64,000 bases of DNA from Azolla caroliniana (lineage: Eukaryota > Plantae > Polypodiophyta). Position numbers and translations under genes: made by a program. Positions 35,895-50,000 of this stretch are shown piece by piece (within the stretch, counting starts at the first letter, position 1; every line of letters begins with the position of its first letter). The stretch is taken from assembly GCA_043228905.1 (NCBI GenBank), contig JBHGNT010000021.1, forward strand, positions 11,842,001 through 11,906,000, in the 5' to 3' direction. The notes under the pieces are model-generated. The model had not been told where the DNA came from. It saw only the letters and a program-made list of their open reading frames with translations, and did not search any database.

Positions 35895-37158
35895 AGGGGG
35901 AGTTTGTTGGGATTTCGGTCCCTCCGGATGGGATGTCCGGAGATGAATGACGGCAAGCCCGGTTGCGGTTACGGTGCCGGATGATGAAGACCCCGGCTAC
36001 GGAGCCGGATGATGAAGACCCCGGCTACGGTGCCGGATGATGAAGACCCCGGCTACGGAGCCGGATGATGAATACCCCGGCTACGGAGCCGGATGCTGAA
36101 GACCCCGGTTACGGAGCCGGATGACGAATGTACCCGGAGGGAGATCCGGATGCGGGGACATATTTGTGAATATGTTTGCCAAGAGCCCTTGAGGCTATAT
36201 TTGTAAATAGCCCGAAAGTCATATGTGTATAAATATGACTTAGGGCAAACAGTTTATGTTTTTTTTTGTTGCTCATTTTTCTGTTTTCCACTAAGAGGGA
36301 GCGAAGTGAGAGCAGCCGAGAGAGAGTGAGAGAGAAAGAGGAAGGAAGAGGTCGACGCCTCTGTGTAATACCGCCGCCTGTGGCGAGGACAGTGAGCTCA
36401 AGGTCGTCGCCTTGCAGCTCGCCATTGTACATTCCCGCGTATAGTGATAGTTGGAGTCTTGCACTCCCGTGGTTTTTCCCATTTAGGGTTTTCCACGTAA
36501 AACATCCAGTGTACCCTTCTCTCTATTGTTTTCGTGCATTGTTGTATTTCCCGTTTTCTGTGAATCGATCCAGTTCCTCGGTTGTGGCCGAGCACGGAAT
36601 TTCGACATCACACCAGGTTCTTTGTGATAGTTGGAACGTGTAGTACGTTCATCAACTTCCCCTTTTGTCTGATATGGTTTAAAGGGATTTCTCCGACATG
36701 CACAATTGAGTGAGGGGTGTCGTCTCTGGTTTCGACAATTGGTTGTTCCGGTTTCTTCAAAAAAGAGAACCACTCTTCATGGCTCGTCATGTGGTTGGAC
36801 GCTCCGGAATCAACGTACCATACTTCCTCCGATCCAGAAGTAGTCTTCTTCATCGACTTAGCCTTGTGCTTCATCACGAAGGCTGGCCAGATCCTTCTGA
36901 TCCTTCCGCATAGTGCGAGCTTTGTCGGTTCTCCCGACTGGTTATGCCAGATCCGGATTTGTCCAAATCGGCGCGCTTCTTCCAACACTCGCTTTCCTTG
37001 TGGCCCTTTTTGCCACAATACCAACATTTTGTGTCGGCCTTTCCTTGTCGGTTCCTGGTGCCGCTTTGACTCCCCCTGCTTGTGGAGGGTCCGAAACTGT
37101 TGTCGGCACAACCTCTGTGCCTCCTGTCCTGCTCTTGTCGGCCGCCTCCATTGCGTGC

Positions 37159-40100
37159 TGTAAAAACAAATAGCGTGCGGAAGCAATAAAAAACAGAAAA
37201 CAGAGAACAAGTTTAATGGAGAGCTTAACAGTATGCGGGAGAGACAGAGAGAGAGAACAAGAATCTCTATTCAAAATATTATATCAACGCTCTGTACATC
37301 GTATGTGTTCAATGAACACTTTTATGCAAGTCCATATGGACTGACAGAAGTACGGTGTACTTCAATGCTCACTCGAGCGTCTAACACTAACTACGAGAGT
37401 AATAACTCCCTAGTAGTCAAGCTGCTACTAGGCTTCCGGTTACTGATGGATCCGGCTAACCGGCTCCCCAGCTCACTGGCTCTTTTGCTCACTGGGTGCT
37501 CACTGGCTCAAGCTTATCCAACCGATCCGGCTCCAATTGAGCTTGCCGCTCAACACTCCCCCTCAAGCTCAACTTGAGGTCCGGTCGTAGTGTCAACATC
37601 TGTGGCAATCGGTCATTCTGCCCGTCTCCTTCTGGCGTCACTCTGCCTTGCTCACGCTCCTCGTCCGGTCTGATTTTGTTTTCCGTGATCCCTCTTGTTC
37701 TACGCACCTTGACCTCCTCGGTCGGCTTGTCTGCTCAACAGGCCCAGTTCAGCACCCTCGCTGTTGTGACTTCGGTGCGTGCCGGTTCGCCGATTCCTTT
37801 GTGTTGGCGTCGACTTTCGCAGCCTTCTTGTCCTCTTGGCCTTGAATTGATCCGGTTCTTCCGAATCGATTGTCTCCGATTTGTTCCAGCTCTTGTCTGA
37901 ATTGGTTGCTCCCGATTCATCTTCTGGTTACAGGCCCTTCACCACATCGGACCATGTCTGGGTCTTGGCCTTCTTCTTCTAGTCGGCTCTGTTCTTCTTG
38001 ACTCTGCCGCCACTGCCGCTTGTTCCGACTTGTTCAGATGTGTCGACTTCCTTTGTCGACTCGGCTCCTTTCTTTTTCTTGACTCTCCCTTCGTCAGTTC
38101 TTCCCTCACCGACGCAATCAGTAGTCTCTTTGCCTTTGCCCGTTTCGATGTCTTTGCCCGTTCTCCCCCTCAATTGTGGCACGTCGAGATGCTGAACACC
38201 AAGCAATTCGGTGAAGTGCTGCAACTTGTCCGGTCCGAGTGGTTTGGTGAAGATGTCTGCAACTTGTTGATATGTGTGAACATACCGAAGTTCGACCTCA
38301 CCGTTCAAGTCACGCTCACGCACGAAGTGATAGTGCACTTCTATGTGCTTTGTGCGAGCATGGAATACGAGGTTCTTAGCGAGTTGCATGCTGCTTATGT
38401 TGTCGCATTAGATCAGAATCGGGGTCGGTACCTCGATCCGTACGTCTTGCAGCAGTCGCCGAAGCCAAATGGCTTCACAGGTGGCAATGGTAGCGCCCCG
38501 ATACTCAGCCGCAGTGCTCGACAGAGCAACTGTTGGCTGCTTTTTGCTGCTCCACGCAACAACCGCGCTACCTAGGGAAAACATGTAACCGAAGGTTGAT
38601 CAATCATCTAATGCACCTGGGCCGTTTGGCTGCTTTTTGCTGCTCCACGCAGCAGCTGCGCTACCTAGGGAAAATATGTAACCGGAGGTTGATCAATGAT
38701 CTGATGCATCTGGGCCGTTTGGCTGCTTTTTGCTACTCCACGCAGTAGTCACGCTACCTAGGGAAAACATGTAACCGGAGGTTGATCGGTGATCTGATGC
38801 ATCGCCGACCCATTCGACATTTGTGTAACCGACCAGCTCTTCGGTTATACCGCACTGGTATAACAATCCCCGGTCCTTCGTGCCGCTCACATACCACAGT
38901 ATTCGGTGCGCGCATTGAAGATGCTCCACGGTTGGCTTTTGCATGAATTGGCTAATCACACCGACCGGATAGCTGATGTCGGGTCGGGTGATGGTCAAAT
39001 ATATAAGGCTTCCGACAATTTGTCGAAACCGTTTCTTATCGCAGGCCGGTCCGGAGTCGGGACAGAGCTTCTGGTTCCAGTCCAGGGGAGTAGAGATAGG
39101 TCGGCATTCCGTCATGCCGAAATTGTACAACATATTCAACACATAGTGCCTTTGTGAGAGCAATATGCCGTTGGGGGTTCGGATCACCTCGATCCCAAGA
39201 AAATAATGAAGGTCCCCCAGGTCCTTCATCTCAAACGCATCCGACAACTGGGACTTGACTTGGCTGATTTCATCGAGTCCGGGTCTGGTGATGACTAGAT
39301 CATCAACGTACAACAAGATGCAAACCGGACCGTCCGGACCTTGCCGAATGAACAACGAAGAGTCGGACTTGGAGGCCGCAAACCCCATCTTACGCAACCG
39401 GTGTGTGATCTTCACATTCCAAGCTCGGGGGGCTTGATTCAGGCCATAAAGTGACTTCTTCAGTCGGCATACCACCGACTTGTTCATCTCCGTTTGGAAA
39501 CCGGGGGGTTGTATCATAAAGACCTCTTCTTCAAGATCTCCTTGAAGAAATGCATTCTTCACATCCATCTGGTGAAGATGCCACCCCCTTGCCGCTGCAA
39601 CCGCCAGCACCACACGAACCGTCGTCATCTTTGCTACCGGATGAAGGTCTTGTCATAGTCGATTCCATGGGTTTGTGCGTATCCCTTCGCCACTAACCGG
39701 GCCTTGTACCGGTTAACTGAACCGTCGGCGTTGTACTTTACCTTGTACACCCACTTGCATCCGATCGGTTTACTGTGATGGGGAGGGTCAACCAGGTCCC
39801 ATGTATCGTTGGCATCAAGTGCCCGCATCTCTTCTTCCATAGCGGCACGCCAATTTGTGTCCTTTGCTGCTTCTGCGTAGCTCTCCGGCTCACGCACTTC
39901 TGCCACCTTGGTCATGTACGCATAATGATGCGCCATGTACTCATTGTACTCGTACCACTTAACAGGTTCCTTTTGGCGGGTTGACAGGTGTAACCCACCG
40001 TTACCTGGTTTGAGGCCCTTCTTGGTCGGTTCGGTCTTCGGTGCCGAAGAACCGTCATTTTCCTTTCCAGAGTCGGATATGCTCCGATCCGACTCATCAA

Positions 40101-43100
40101 TATCGGTTCCATAATCCGGCATCTTCTTCTTCCCCTTCTCTTTGCGCGTGAACCGTCTCCTCAGTTCCTTGCGCGGGGAGAGCACAACAGAGTCTTCTCT
40201 ACTCGCCAGTTCTTCTTTTGACTGGTCGGATTGACCCAGTCTCTCGTTTGGCCCACTCAACTAAAACGATTCCGAACTCTCTTCTTGAGTCTCAGATTCA
40301 TCATCTTCTAACTGGACTGGTTCAGGCTCACTAGCCTCATCCTCCGGTATCGGGTCGAGGTCAGAAGTCGGAGCTGGTAAGGCATACCATGATGCCGTCT
40401 CATCAAACTCAACATCGCGTCTAACTTGGACCTTCTTCGTCCGGGGGTTATAACACTTATACCCCTTTTGCCCATGTGAGTAGCCGACGAGGATGCACTT
40501 CTCCGATTTTGCATCCAGCTTCCTCCGCTTCTCATTCGGCACATGCACATATGCTATGCTGCCTAAAATCCGAAGGTGTCTCAAATTCGGCTTGCGCCCG
40601 AAATACAGCTCATGCGCGGACACCTTGTCACCGATCCGGTTTTGGATGTAGACGGCCGTTCGGACCGCCTCCGCCCAGTAGAAATTGGGCATGCTCTTCT
40701 CTTCCAGCATTGCCCTTGCCGCGTCGACAACCGACCGGTTCTTCCTTTCGGCCACACCGTTTTGCTCCAGTGTGTATCTGCAGCTGAACTCTCTCCGAAT
40801 TCCTGTTTGCTACAGATAACTGTTGAATTGGCCGGAAAAATATTATTTTCCGCCATCTGACCGCAGGCACTTGATCTTCCTCTCCGAATCCCGTTCCACC
40901 ATGCTCTGGAGGTTCCGAAAACAGTCGAAGACTTCGCTCTTCCGCTAAATGAGGTAGATCCATGTGTGCCGGCTATAGTCGTCGATGAAGGAGACGAAGT
41001 ATCGACTCCTGCCAAGACTCACGTTCTGTGTCGGTCCCCATACATCCAAATGAATAAGGTCGAGCTTGTTACGGCTATGGTTTTGTTTGGCGGGGAATGG
41101 AAGCCGGTGTTGCGTCCTGAGTTGGCAGACTCCACATACTTGGGCCTTCCGGCCACTAAACTTCGGCAAACTGAAAACAACTTGTTTCGTTTGCAAGTCT
41201 TGAAGCCGCCAATAATTGACGTGGCTGATCCGCTTGTGCCACAGGTCGATGTTCGATTCGACCTTCTGTCCTTTGGCGAACAAGGCGGTGTCGACGTCAT
41301 TGGTGTCGAGGATGAACATCCTCCCATCTCTGCGCCCTTGCGCGATAATTTGGTCCTCCTCCTCGATGAAGCACCCAAGGTGCATAAACCGCACCTGCAT
41401 TCCATGGTCGACGATCTGTCTGACCGACACCAGGTTCTTCGTGATAGTTGGAATGTGTAATACGTTCATCAGCTTCCCCCTTTATTCGACGTGGCTCAGG
41501 GGAACTTCTCCGACATGCACGATTGAGTGAGGAGTGTCGTCCCCGGTTTCGACAACTCCCGGTTGTTCCGATTTCTCCAAGAAGGAGAACCACTCCTTGT
41601 GGTTCGTCATGTGATTTGACACACCGGAATCAACTTACCACACTTCCTCCGATTTGGAAGTGGTCTTCTTCATCGAGTTAGCCTCGTGTTTCATCACCAA
41701 GGTTGGTCCCTTACCGGTCTTCCCAGTTCCGGATCCTCTCGATCCTTGTGCGTAGTGCGAGCTTTGCCGGTTCTCCCGACCGGTTTTGCCGGATCAAGAT
41801 TTGTCCAAATTGGCGCGCTTCTTCCAGCACTTGCTTTCTCTGTGGCCCTTTTTGCCACAATACCAGCATTCCGTGGCGGATTTGTCTTGCCGGCCTCCGG
41901 CACCACCTTGACTCCCCCTGCTTATGGAAGTCCCGAAACTGCTGTCGGCATGGTCTCTGTGCTGTCGGTCTTACCCTTGCTGGCCGCCTCCATTGCGTGC
42001 CGACCCGCCTCGTCCACCACGCCCATGGGGCTGATCCGCCTCCGTGTACAACATCCGGTTGTCGGTGGGGCACTTGTTGACGCACCGGAGTGGTTCTCCT
42101 CTACAATGAGCATCGATTGTAAGTCGAAAAATGACAACGTATTCTCCCTCGTACATACTGTTGTCCGGAAAGCTCGGAACTTAGACATCAGGCCCCCAAG
42201 ATAGACTTGTACCATCTCATCTTCCTCTACAGTGATGTTGATAGAGGCAAGCGAATCACAGATCTCTTTGACTCGGGTCGTGTAATCAGCCACCAACATG
42301 TCCTTCTGTCAGACATTGCTCAACTCCTGTCGGAGTTGCAGCTTCCAGGCTGTGGTGCTTGCGGCGAACACCTTCTTCAGATTTCCCCAAGCCTCTTTCG
42401 GAGTCCTGGCATCTCAGACGTGGCTCAGCAGCTGGTCTCCGGCACTAGACGCAAAGCAGTACATCACTCTGCTTGCCGATTGTTCCCATACTAGGAAGTC
42501 CTTGTGTGCCGCATTAGGTGTTGTGTCGTTAGCTCCGTCGACATAGCTCCAGTAACCATGCCCAAGCAGGTACTGGTGCATCTTGTATGACCAAGATGCG
42601 TAGTTGGATCTGTCGAGCTTCTCCACCAGAAGCGAGCTAGCCATTCCTCTATCCATTGTTTTTTTTTTCTTCTGTTCTTTACAAAGGTTAGGTTTTCTTC
42701 TTGCGAAAGCAAATGTCGGCTGCAGAGGTTCTCAACCCTCGCGCTCTGATACCATGCAAAAACAAATAGCGTGCGGAAGCAATAAAAAACAGAAAACAGA
42801 GAACAGGTTTAATGGAGAGCTTAATAGTACGCGGGAGAGACAGAGAGAGAGCACAAGAATCTCTATTCAAAAAATTATATCAACGCTCTGTACATCGTAT
42901 GTGTTCAGTGAACACTTTTATACAAGTCCATACGGACTGACAAAAGTACGTTGTACTTCAATGCTCACTCGACCGTCTGACACTAACTACGAGAGTAATA
43001 ACTCCCTAGTAGTCTAACTGCTACTAGGCTTCCGGTTACTGATGGATCCGGCTAACCAACTCCCCAGCTCACCGACTCTTTTGCTCACCGGGTGCTCACC

Positions 43101-43151
43101 GGCTCAAGCTTATCCAGCCGATCCGGCTCCAATTGAGCTTTCCGCTCAACA
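37159..43151 (-). mobile_element. Copia C (relative of A), inserted in the gag of A; decayed gag-pol
   Basis: 397-bp LTRs 37159-37555 and 42755-43151; TSD CGTGC/TGTGC; tRNA-iMet PBS 42743-42754; PPT from 37556; RT 38693-40260, INT 40261-41469, gag 41922-42656. Confidence 0.93.
38533..38802 (-). repeat. 93-bp in-frame triplication in the RNase H region of C
   Basis: TTGGCTGCTTTTTGCT starts at 38533, 38626 and 38719; junction filler CTGGGCCGT. Confidence 0.9.
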
Positions 43152-44362
43152 TGTGCCAACCCACCTCGTCCACCATGTCCATGGGGCCGATTTGTCTCCG
43201 TGTACAACATCTGGCCGTCCGATTGAGTGGTCCTTGATCCACTCGCGTGGTTTTCTTTGACCATCAGCATCGATTGCAAGTCGAAGAAGGACGATGGTTT
43301 CTCCTGGGTGCAGATCACTGTCTGGATTGGCCCGTACCTTTGTGTTAGACCACCAGGGCAGATTTGTACCATCTTGTCTTCGTCCACCGTCACGTTGATG
43401 GACCCGAGTGTGTCACAAATCTCCTTTATCTTGGTGGTGTAGTTCTTAACCGACATATCTCTTTGCCGGATGTTGTTCAGCTCTTGCCAGAGCTACAACT
43501 TACGAGCTGTGGTACTTGTGGCGAAAATCTTCCGTAGATGTTCCCAAGCCTCCTTCGGCGTCTTTGCATCCTTGATGTAGCTAAGCATTTGATCATGCAC
43601 ACCGGACACGAGACAGTACAGTACCCACCCGAGTCACTCCTTGCTCCCATATTGGGAAGTCTTTGTGTGATGGCTCCGGTGCTACTTCATTTGTTCCTTC
43701 CACGAAGCTCCAATATCCATGCCCCCGTAGGTACTAGTGCATTTTAAATGACCAGGACGCATAGTTGCTCCGGTCGAGCTCCTTTGTTGGAAGTGAACTC
43801 GCCATTCCTTTTTGCATATCTTCTCTCTATTTGTTGTTATCGGGTTCTAGGGTTCGTCTACAGATGCAAATGTCAGTTGCAGAGGTTCTCAACCCTCATG
43901 CTCTGATACCATGTGAATGTTAATGTGCGGAAGCATCTGACAAAACCGGCTCAGCGGGATAGCAACAGAAAATGAGCTGAAGGTTTAATGGAAAAGCTTA
44001 AAACACATAGGAGACAGAGAGAGCAGAACATAAAAATATATTAAAAAATTAACTCTAAAACTCTGTACATACAACGTGCTAAACAACACTATTTATACAA
44101 GTCCATAAAGGATTGACAGAAGTATTGACAGGTACTTCAATGCTCCACGTGCGACTGACACTAACTACGAGACAATGATTACCTAGTAGTCTAGGTTACT
44201 ACTAGGCTTCTGGTTCCTGCTCAAATCCGACTCTTCGATCCGGCTCCTTGATTTGGCTGGTTGTTTCCGGATACCGATCCGGCTCATCCTTCCGGATGCT
44301 GATCCAGCTCAGGCTTATTCAGCCGATCCGGATCCGGTCGAGCTTGCTTGCTCAACAATTAC

Positions 44363-44913
44363 AATGTGGAAACTTCTAGTTAACCAAAAGATCAACAAAA
44401 CATAAATATGAAATACCCTTAGAGACAAGCAAATCTGAACACGGAGCATGAACACGAAGCAGACGAACACACGAGCACCACAAACATGCCGACCCCAATG
44501 AACCACGAACACCCGAACCGCGAGCACACGGGCTCGCAACATTGAACCAACGAAGCTCGGGCTCACAAGCACCGTAAACGAGCACTTCGAGTGCCAACAC
44601 AAAGAAGACGAGCATGTGGCGATGAGGGGATTAAGGGGTATGAGAGAAATGGTGAAGATGAAGATGAAGAGCTCTGAAGGAAAAATGGTGATAGTCTCCT
44701 CCTCCCAAAACGTCCTCCCAAATAAGTCCCCCTCGACCTCCTTTTATAGGAAAAAAAGGAAGGGGGGTCGCCAAATTTGTCTTCAATGCAAAAGGAATAA
44801 AATTCCTTAAATCACGCTACATTGTAAGACTGGATTGGAACCGTGCACCTTTAGCTAGAGGTCAATGTGACTATCTACTAGTCCATTAACCTCTCTTATA
44901 TGATATATAATTA
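44363..44913 (-). mobile_element. Continuation of the Gypsy LTR sequence split by Copia A
   Basis: ATTAC|AATGTGG matches the ACAATGTGGG block of H-family LTRs; GAGCACACGGGCTCG is shared with ~14974; TATA-like CCTATAAAAGG on the minus strand at ~44741-44751. Confidence 0.55.
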
Positions 44914-45027
44914 TGTGAAAGTTAGCGTGCAGAAGCGTTAGACAAACTGGCTTAGCCGGATAGCAATAGAAAATGAGAAAAGGTTTAATGGAGAACTTAA
45001 CACAAAGAATACGCATGAGGGGGGGGG

Positions 45028-45058
<31 letters not shown>

Positions 45059-46241
45059 CAGAATATCAACTTAATTCAAAATAACACTCTAAAACTCTGT
45101 GTATACAACGTGCTAAACAACACTATTTATACAAGTCCTCAAAGAAGGACTTACAGAAGCACTATGTACTTCACTGCTCATACGAGCAACTGATACTAAT
45201 TATGAGACAAAGATTACCTAGTAGTTTAGGTTACTACTAGGCTTCCGTTTCGCACTCGAATCTGGCTCTCCGATCCGTCTCCCCGATCCGACCTATTGTT
45301 TCCGGATACCAATCCAGCTCATCCTTTCGGATGCCGATCTAGCTCAGGCTTATCCAGTCGATCTGGATCTGGCTGAGCTTGCCGCTCAACACTCCCCCTC
45401 AAGCTCAACTTGAGGTCGGATCGTGGTGTTAGTGTATGTGGCAACCGATCCTTTCACTTGGCTCCTTCTGGCGTCGTTCCGCCTTGCTCGCGCCCCTCTT
45501 CTGGTCCGATTCCACTTCCTGCGACCCGTCTGATACAATGCACCTCGACCTCCTTGGTCGGCTTGTCTGCTCAACAGGCCCATTTCAGCTCCTTTGCAAT
45601 TATGACTCTGGCACTTGTCGATCCATCGGTTCCTCCGTGTCGGTGTCGACTTCCGCTGCCTTCTTGTCCGCTTGGCCTTTAGTTGATTTGGTTTCTCCGA
45701 ATCTTGAACCGAATCGGCTTCCTCCAATTCATTCCAGCTCTTGTCCGAGTTGGTAGTCTCCAATTCGGCTTCCATTTTTAGGCCATTCACCACATCAGAC
45801 CACATCCAGGTCTTGGCCTTCTTCCGGTCGGCTTTGTCCTTCTTGACTCTAGCGTTGTTGCCGCAAGCTCCGACTTATTTGGATATGCTGACTCCTTCGG
45901 TCGACTCGGCTTCCTTTTTCTGCTTATCTCCCACCTTGGTTCTTTCATCCTCTACGGCTCCTTGTCTAGTGCCATTCATTCCCGTTCCTATTCTCCCCCT
46001 CAAGTGCGGCACATCGAGATGCTGAAAGCCGAGCATCTCTAAAAAGTGTTGCAACTTGTATGATCCAAGTGGCTTGGTGAAGATGCCAGCAACTTGCCGA
46101 TCTGTGTGAACATACCGAAGTTCAACTTCACTGCTCATGACCCGCTCACGAACAAAGTGATAATGCACTTCTATGTGCTTTGTCCGAGCATGGAATACAA
46201 GGTTCTTGGCGAGTTGAATGCTACTCATGTTGTCATAGTAG

Positions 46242-46616
46242 ATCAAGGTTGGGGTCGGTACCTCGATCCAGAGGTCACGCACTAGTCGCCGAAGCCAAAT
46301 GGCTTCATAGGTGGCAATGGTAGCGCCCCGGTACTCAGCTTTACTGCTCGACAGAGCCACTGTTGGCTGCTTTTTGCTGCTCCACGCAACAGCCACGCTA
46401 CTAAGAGAAAATATGTAACCGGAGGTGGATCGGCGATCCAATGCATCACCAACCCAGTTGGCATCGGTATATCCAACTAGCTTCCCGGCTATACCGTTGT
46501 CAGTATAATAATCCCCGGTCCTTCATGCCATTAACATACCGGAGTATCCGGTGTGCGCACTGAAGGTGCTCGATGGTCGGCTTTTGCATGAACTGGTTGA
46601 TCACTCCGACTGGGTA
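46242..46616. repeat. 375-bp direct duplication flanking Gypsy F (second copy 56584-56958)
   Basis: Both copies run ATCAAG...CCGACTGGGTA; about 10 substitutions by eye. Confidence 0.93.
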
Positions 46617-47059
46617 GTTGGCCGGTCAAAAGTGGAAGGACAAGTGGGAAGTCGGAATAGGATAGAATAATATAAAGTAAATATTAGTAGATTTATTATT
46701 CGGAGGGACGGATCCGGTACAGTTGTACCGATCCGGATCCGGACCGATTCGGATGCCGGTTGCCTAAGTGCACCATTTTGTAATCTTGCCGGATGCCTAT
46801 AAAAGGATCCGATGAATTGTAATGAGTTTTTTACGGAAGTAATACAAGCTTAACCATTTGTGATTATTTTAGTGTCTGTATTGTTTTACCTTCTGTGCTA
46901 ATTGTAACTATCTTACGCGTGTACTCTAACATCCAATCCTCACCACCCCTTTGGAGAAGTGTCGGAAAGACACCTGTGTTGGGGCTAGTCCGGCCAGCAA
47001 TACAACACTATTTTGGCGATCATGATTCCTGCAAAGTGCAGAGAACAACTGGGGGATGG

Positions 47060-50000
47060 ATGTCTAGATCGAACGGCGACCACATCACCGAACGAGGGAG
47101 ACGACATCAACGACGGGAAGCCTTGCAACAAGCCGCCGAAGAGATCCGGCAAGATCGGTCATTCTCTAGAACTCTTCGGAGAGTCGCAGAAGAAGCACTG
47201 CAATTCCGGGATCTGCAATTCCCCGACGAAGGCAGTAGCATAACGAGCCTACAGGAGACAGAAACGATACTACAGATGCTCGCCGGGGGCGACGAAGACG
47301 CGGAAGCATTCGCAACACTCGAGTCGGAATCGGAAAGCGACGAAAGCGTTGTGTCCCGATATAAAAGCAGCCACGACACACCAAACGACCCGGTGGAAAG
47401 AGAGTTGGACGACTCATCGACACCGGAGCCAACGGAAGAAATAACCTTGGAGTTCGGTGACCGGCAATCGCCGAGAGAGGATGACAGGACACTGACACCA
47501 CCTGCGGAAGAACCAAAGGAGCAGACACCGACGCCAACCGCGGAGAAAGAGCAGAGAGAGCAGGAGAGTCAGTTGGACAACACGATGCCGTATCCATACC
47601 CAAAGTACCGGGATGAGCCCAACGCGGAGGCTCGTGTCTACGCATTCCTCCAAACATGGGAAGCCAACCATGTTTCTCAAAGATTGACGGAGGCCGAAGC
47701 CGAACGATCCAAAGTCGCCGAAATCGGCATGACATTAGAAGGACCGGCGGCCCGATGGCATGCAAAGCACTTACCGGGCAGCTTTGCCACATTCGACGCC
47801 TTGAAGGCCAAATTCCTGCGGCTTTTTCACAGACAAGTTGAACAAAGGGAATTGGTCGGTCAATTCTATACTACCCGGCAGGAAGAGCACGAAACCGTGG
47901 CACAATTCATAATTCGGTTCCAGACCTTGCACACCCAACTGACAAGAGCACCACCTGAGGACGAAGCCAAGGCAGTCTTTTTGGCCGCGTTAAAGGAGCC
48001 ACTTCGAACAATGTGCGGAGTCCTTGACTTCCGTACCAGCACAATGGACCAAGTCATCGATCGGGTATTGGAAATGGACAAAACTAGCTCCTTCATGTCA
48101 ATGGGGATGCTACACTGGGCTCTCCCAAAGGAGGAAGATCTGAGGTTCCGGCAGGCCTTACAATGCACGACGTGCCTAAATTCGGGCCACACAACGGTGG
48201 ACTGCAATCTGCGCACACAATGTATGATCTGCAACTCTCGAGCACATACAACGGACCGTTGCGAGTATAACTTGTTAAATCGGCAGGCGGCACCGGTCCG
48301 ACACATAGAACTGCTCAACAATCAGGACCCGGAAGAGGATCGATTCCGGAGAGACGACCGCAACCAACGTGAACGTGGTGACAGATACACTGACCGACGA
48401 CGTGATAACTATGACTGAGAGGAAAAACGCAGAGATAACTATCCCAAGGACCGGTATGACCGAGACGAGTCCCCGGAGTATGATCGACGCAGAGACGAGA
48501 GACGCCACGGGAACCGAAACTTCCGACGAAATCAGAAGCGAGGATTTTTCCGAAGAGAGGAACGCCGGGAAGCAGCAAGGAATGGCAACCTAGCATCGGC
48601 ACCGGATAACCGGAAACCCGAAGACAACCGCCGGAGTATACCCACCTCCCAAACCGGGGACAAAGGGGAAGGAAGTAACAACCACAAGGTGTATTGTTAC
48701 TACTGCCGTAAAGAGGGCCATTACAGTAACCAATGCCCAAGCAAGACAAATGAAAAACAGCCGGTAGTCAACATGGTTACTGCCGAAGTAGCTGAGGTGC
48801 AGCAAGTCACAACCCGGTCGAAAGGGAAGGCTGCCGAATGGGAAGCCCAGGAGGCAATTAGGAAGCAAGCGACGCAATGGATCGAGAAGGCCAATGAACA
48901 AAATGCGGCGAAGATAAGAGACCAGAATACGCCAAGGGAGGAAGAAATCACATAGCCAGTAGAAAACCTGACGTGGCAAGCACTCTAGGACTGTCAGATC
49001 GTGCTGCCATTAGCACGACTACTTCAATTGGTGCCTCGGTTCACAGCAGATCTACAGGCAGTGGTCAGCAAACCAAAGCAGACGCTAGCACCGACATTCT
49101 TCTCCAACCCGGAAGAAGGACCAACTGTGGTCAATACAAGCAGCCCGGCAATCACGACAATCGTGAAAGGGAAGGAAATCGCCGGAACGATTATTGACGG
49201 GGGATCCGGAGTAAATGTCATCAACCGACAAACATGCGATAACCTGGGCATCCGGGAATGGGAACCATGTCCTTTTTGGTTACGCATGGCGGATACCAGC
49301 TCAGTTCGACTGACCGGGCTTATCCGGGACCTGGAAGTCGCTATCGGAGGCAACGTATTCCGTATATCGGTCGTCGTGCTTTAGCTGAACGTACAAGGCG
49401 CGTATCCTCTGCTGTTGGGATGACCATGGCTACGAACGGCCCATATTAAGCAGAATTGGCAAAAGAACATCATCACATTCCGGCAGGGAAAAACAAAGGT
49501 ACGCGTGGCGACACAACCACGGGTAATCGCCAGTAAAGAGGCAACCCCATTATACGCGGAGAGCATTAACATGTTGGAGGGGTTACCGAATGACGAGGTC
49601 AATCGATACCTAGAGGAACACCCACGAATCGTACCGCTATTTGAGGTAGACATCACAGCGGCGGTAGAACCGTATATCACGACACCGGGACCGGACGAAC
49701 CGGATCAAGCAGCAATCCGGGAATTGCGCCAAGCATAGGAATCATTAGAAAAAGAAATGACAATATCCCAGAGGGGGCATCCCAACTGGAGGAGGTGGAC
49801 CTCGGCACAACAGACAAGCCCCGGCCGGTAAATGTCGCAAAGGAATTGCCGAAAGAAGAGAAGAAGGCAATGGTGGCGTTATTAACGGACTTCAAGGACG
49901 TATTCGCGTGGTCGTATGAAGACATGCGAGGGATGGACCCCCAACTGTACCAACACCAAATTCATCTGAGTACGGACGCAAAACCGATAGCTCAATGACG

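Larger units (their letters stand above)
31087..36607 (+). mobile_element. Copia E, intact Tnt1/Tork-like LTR retrotransposon (5521 bp)
   Basis: 703-bp LTRs 31087-31789 and 35905-36607, identical by eye; TSD TCACA/TCACA; PBS TGGTATCAGAGC 31793-31804; PPT GAAGGGGGAG just before 35905. Confidence 0.98.
16020..44357 (-). mobile_element. Copia A (Ale-like RT, decayed), host of four direct insertions
   Basis: 3' LTR 16020-16449, 5' LTR 43912-44357 (TG...CA), TSD ATTAC/ATTAC, PBS tRNA-iMet 43900-43911, PPT 16450-16461; RH 17109-17648, RT 18059-18640, INT 23251-23897 and 30469-31086, PR/gag 36613-37158 and 43157-43804. Confidence 0.93.
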
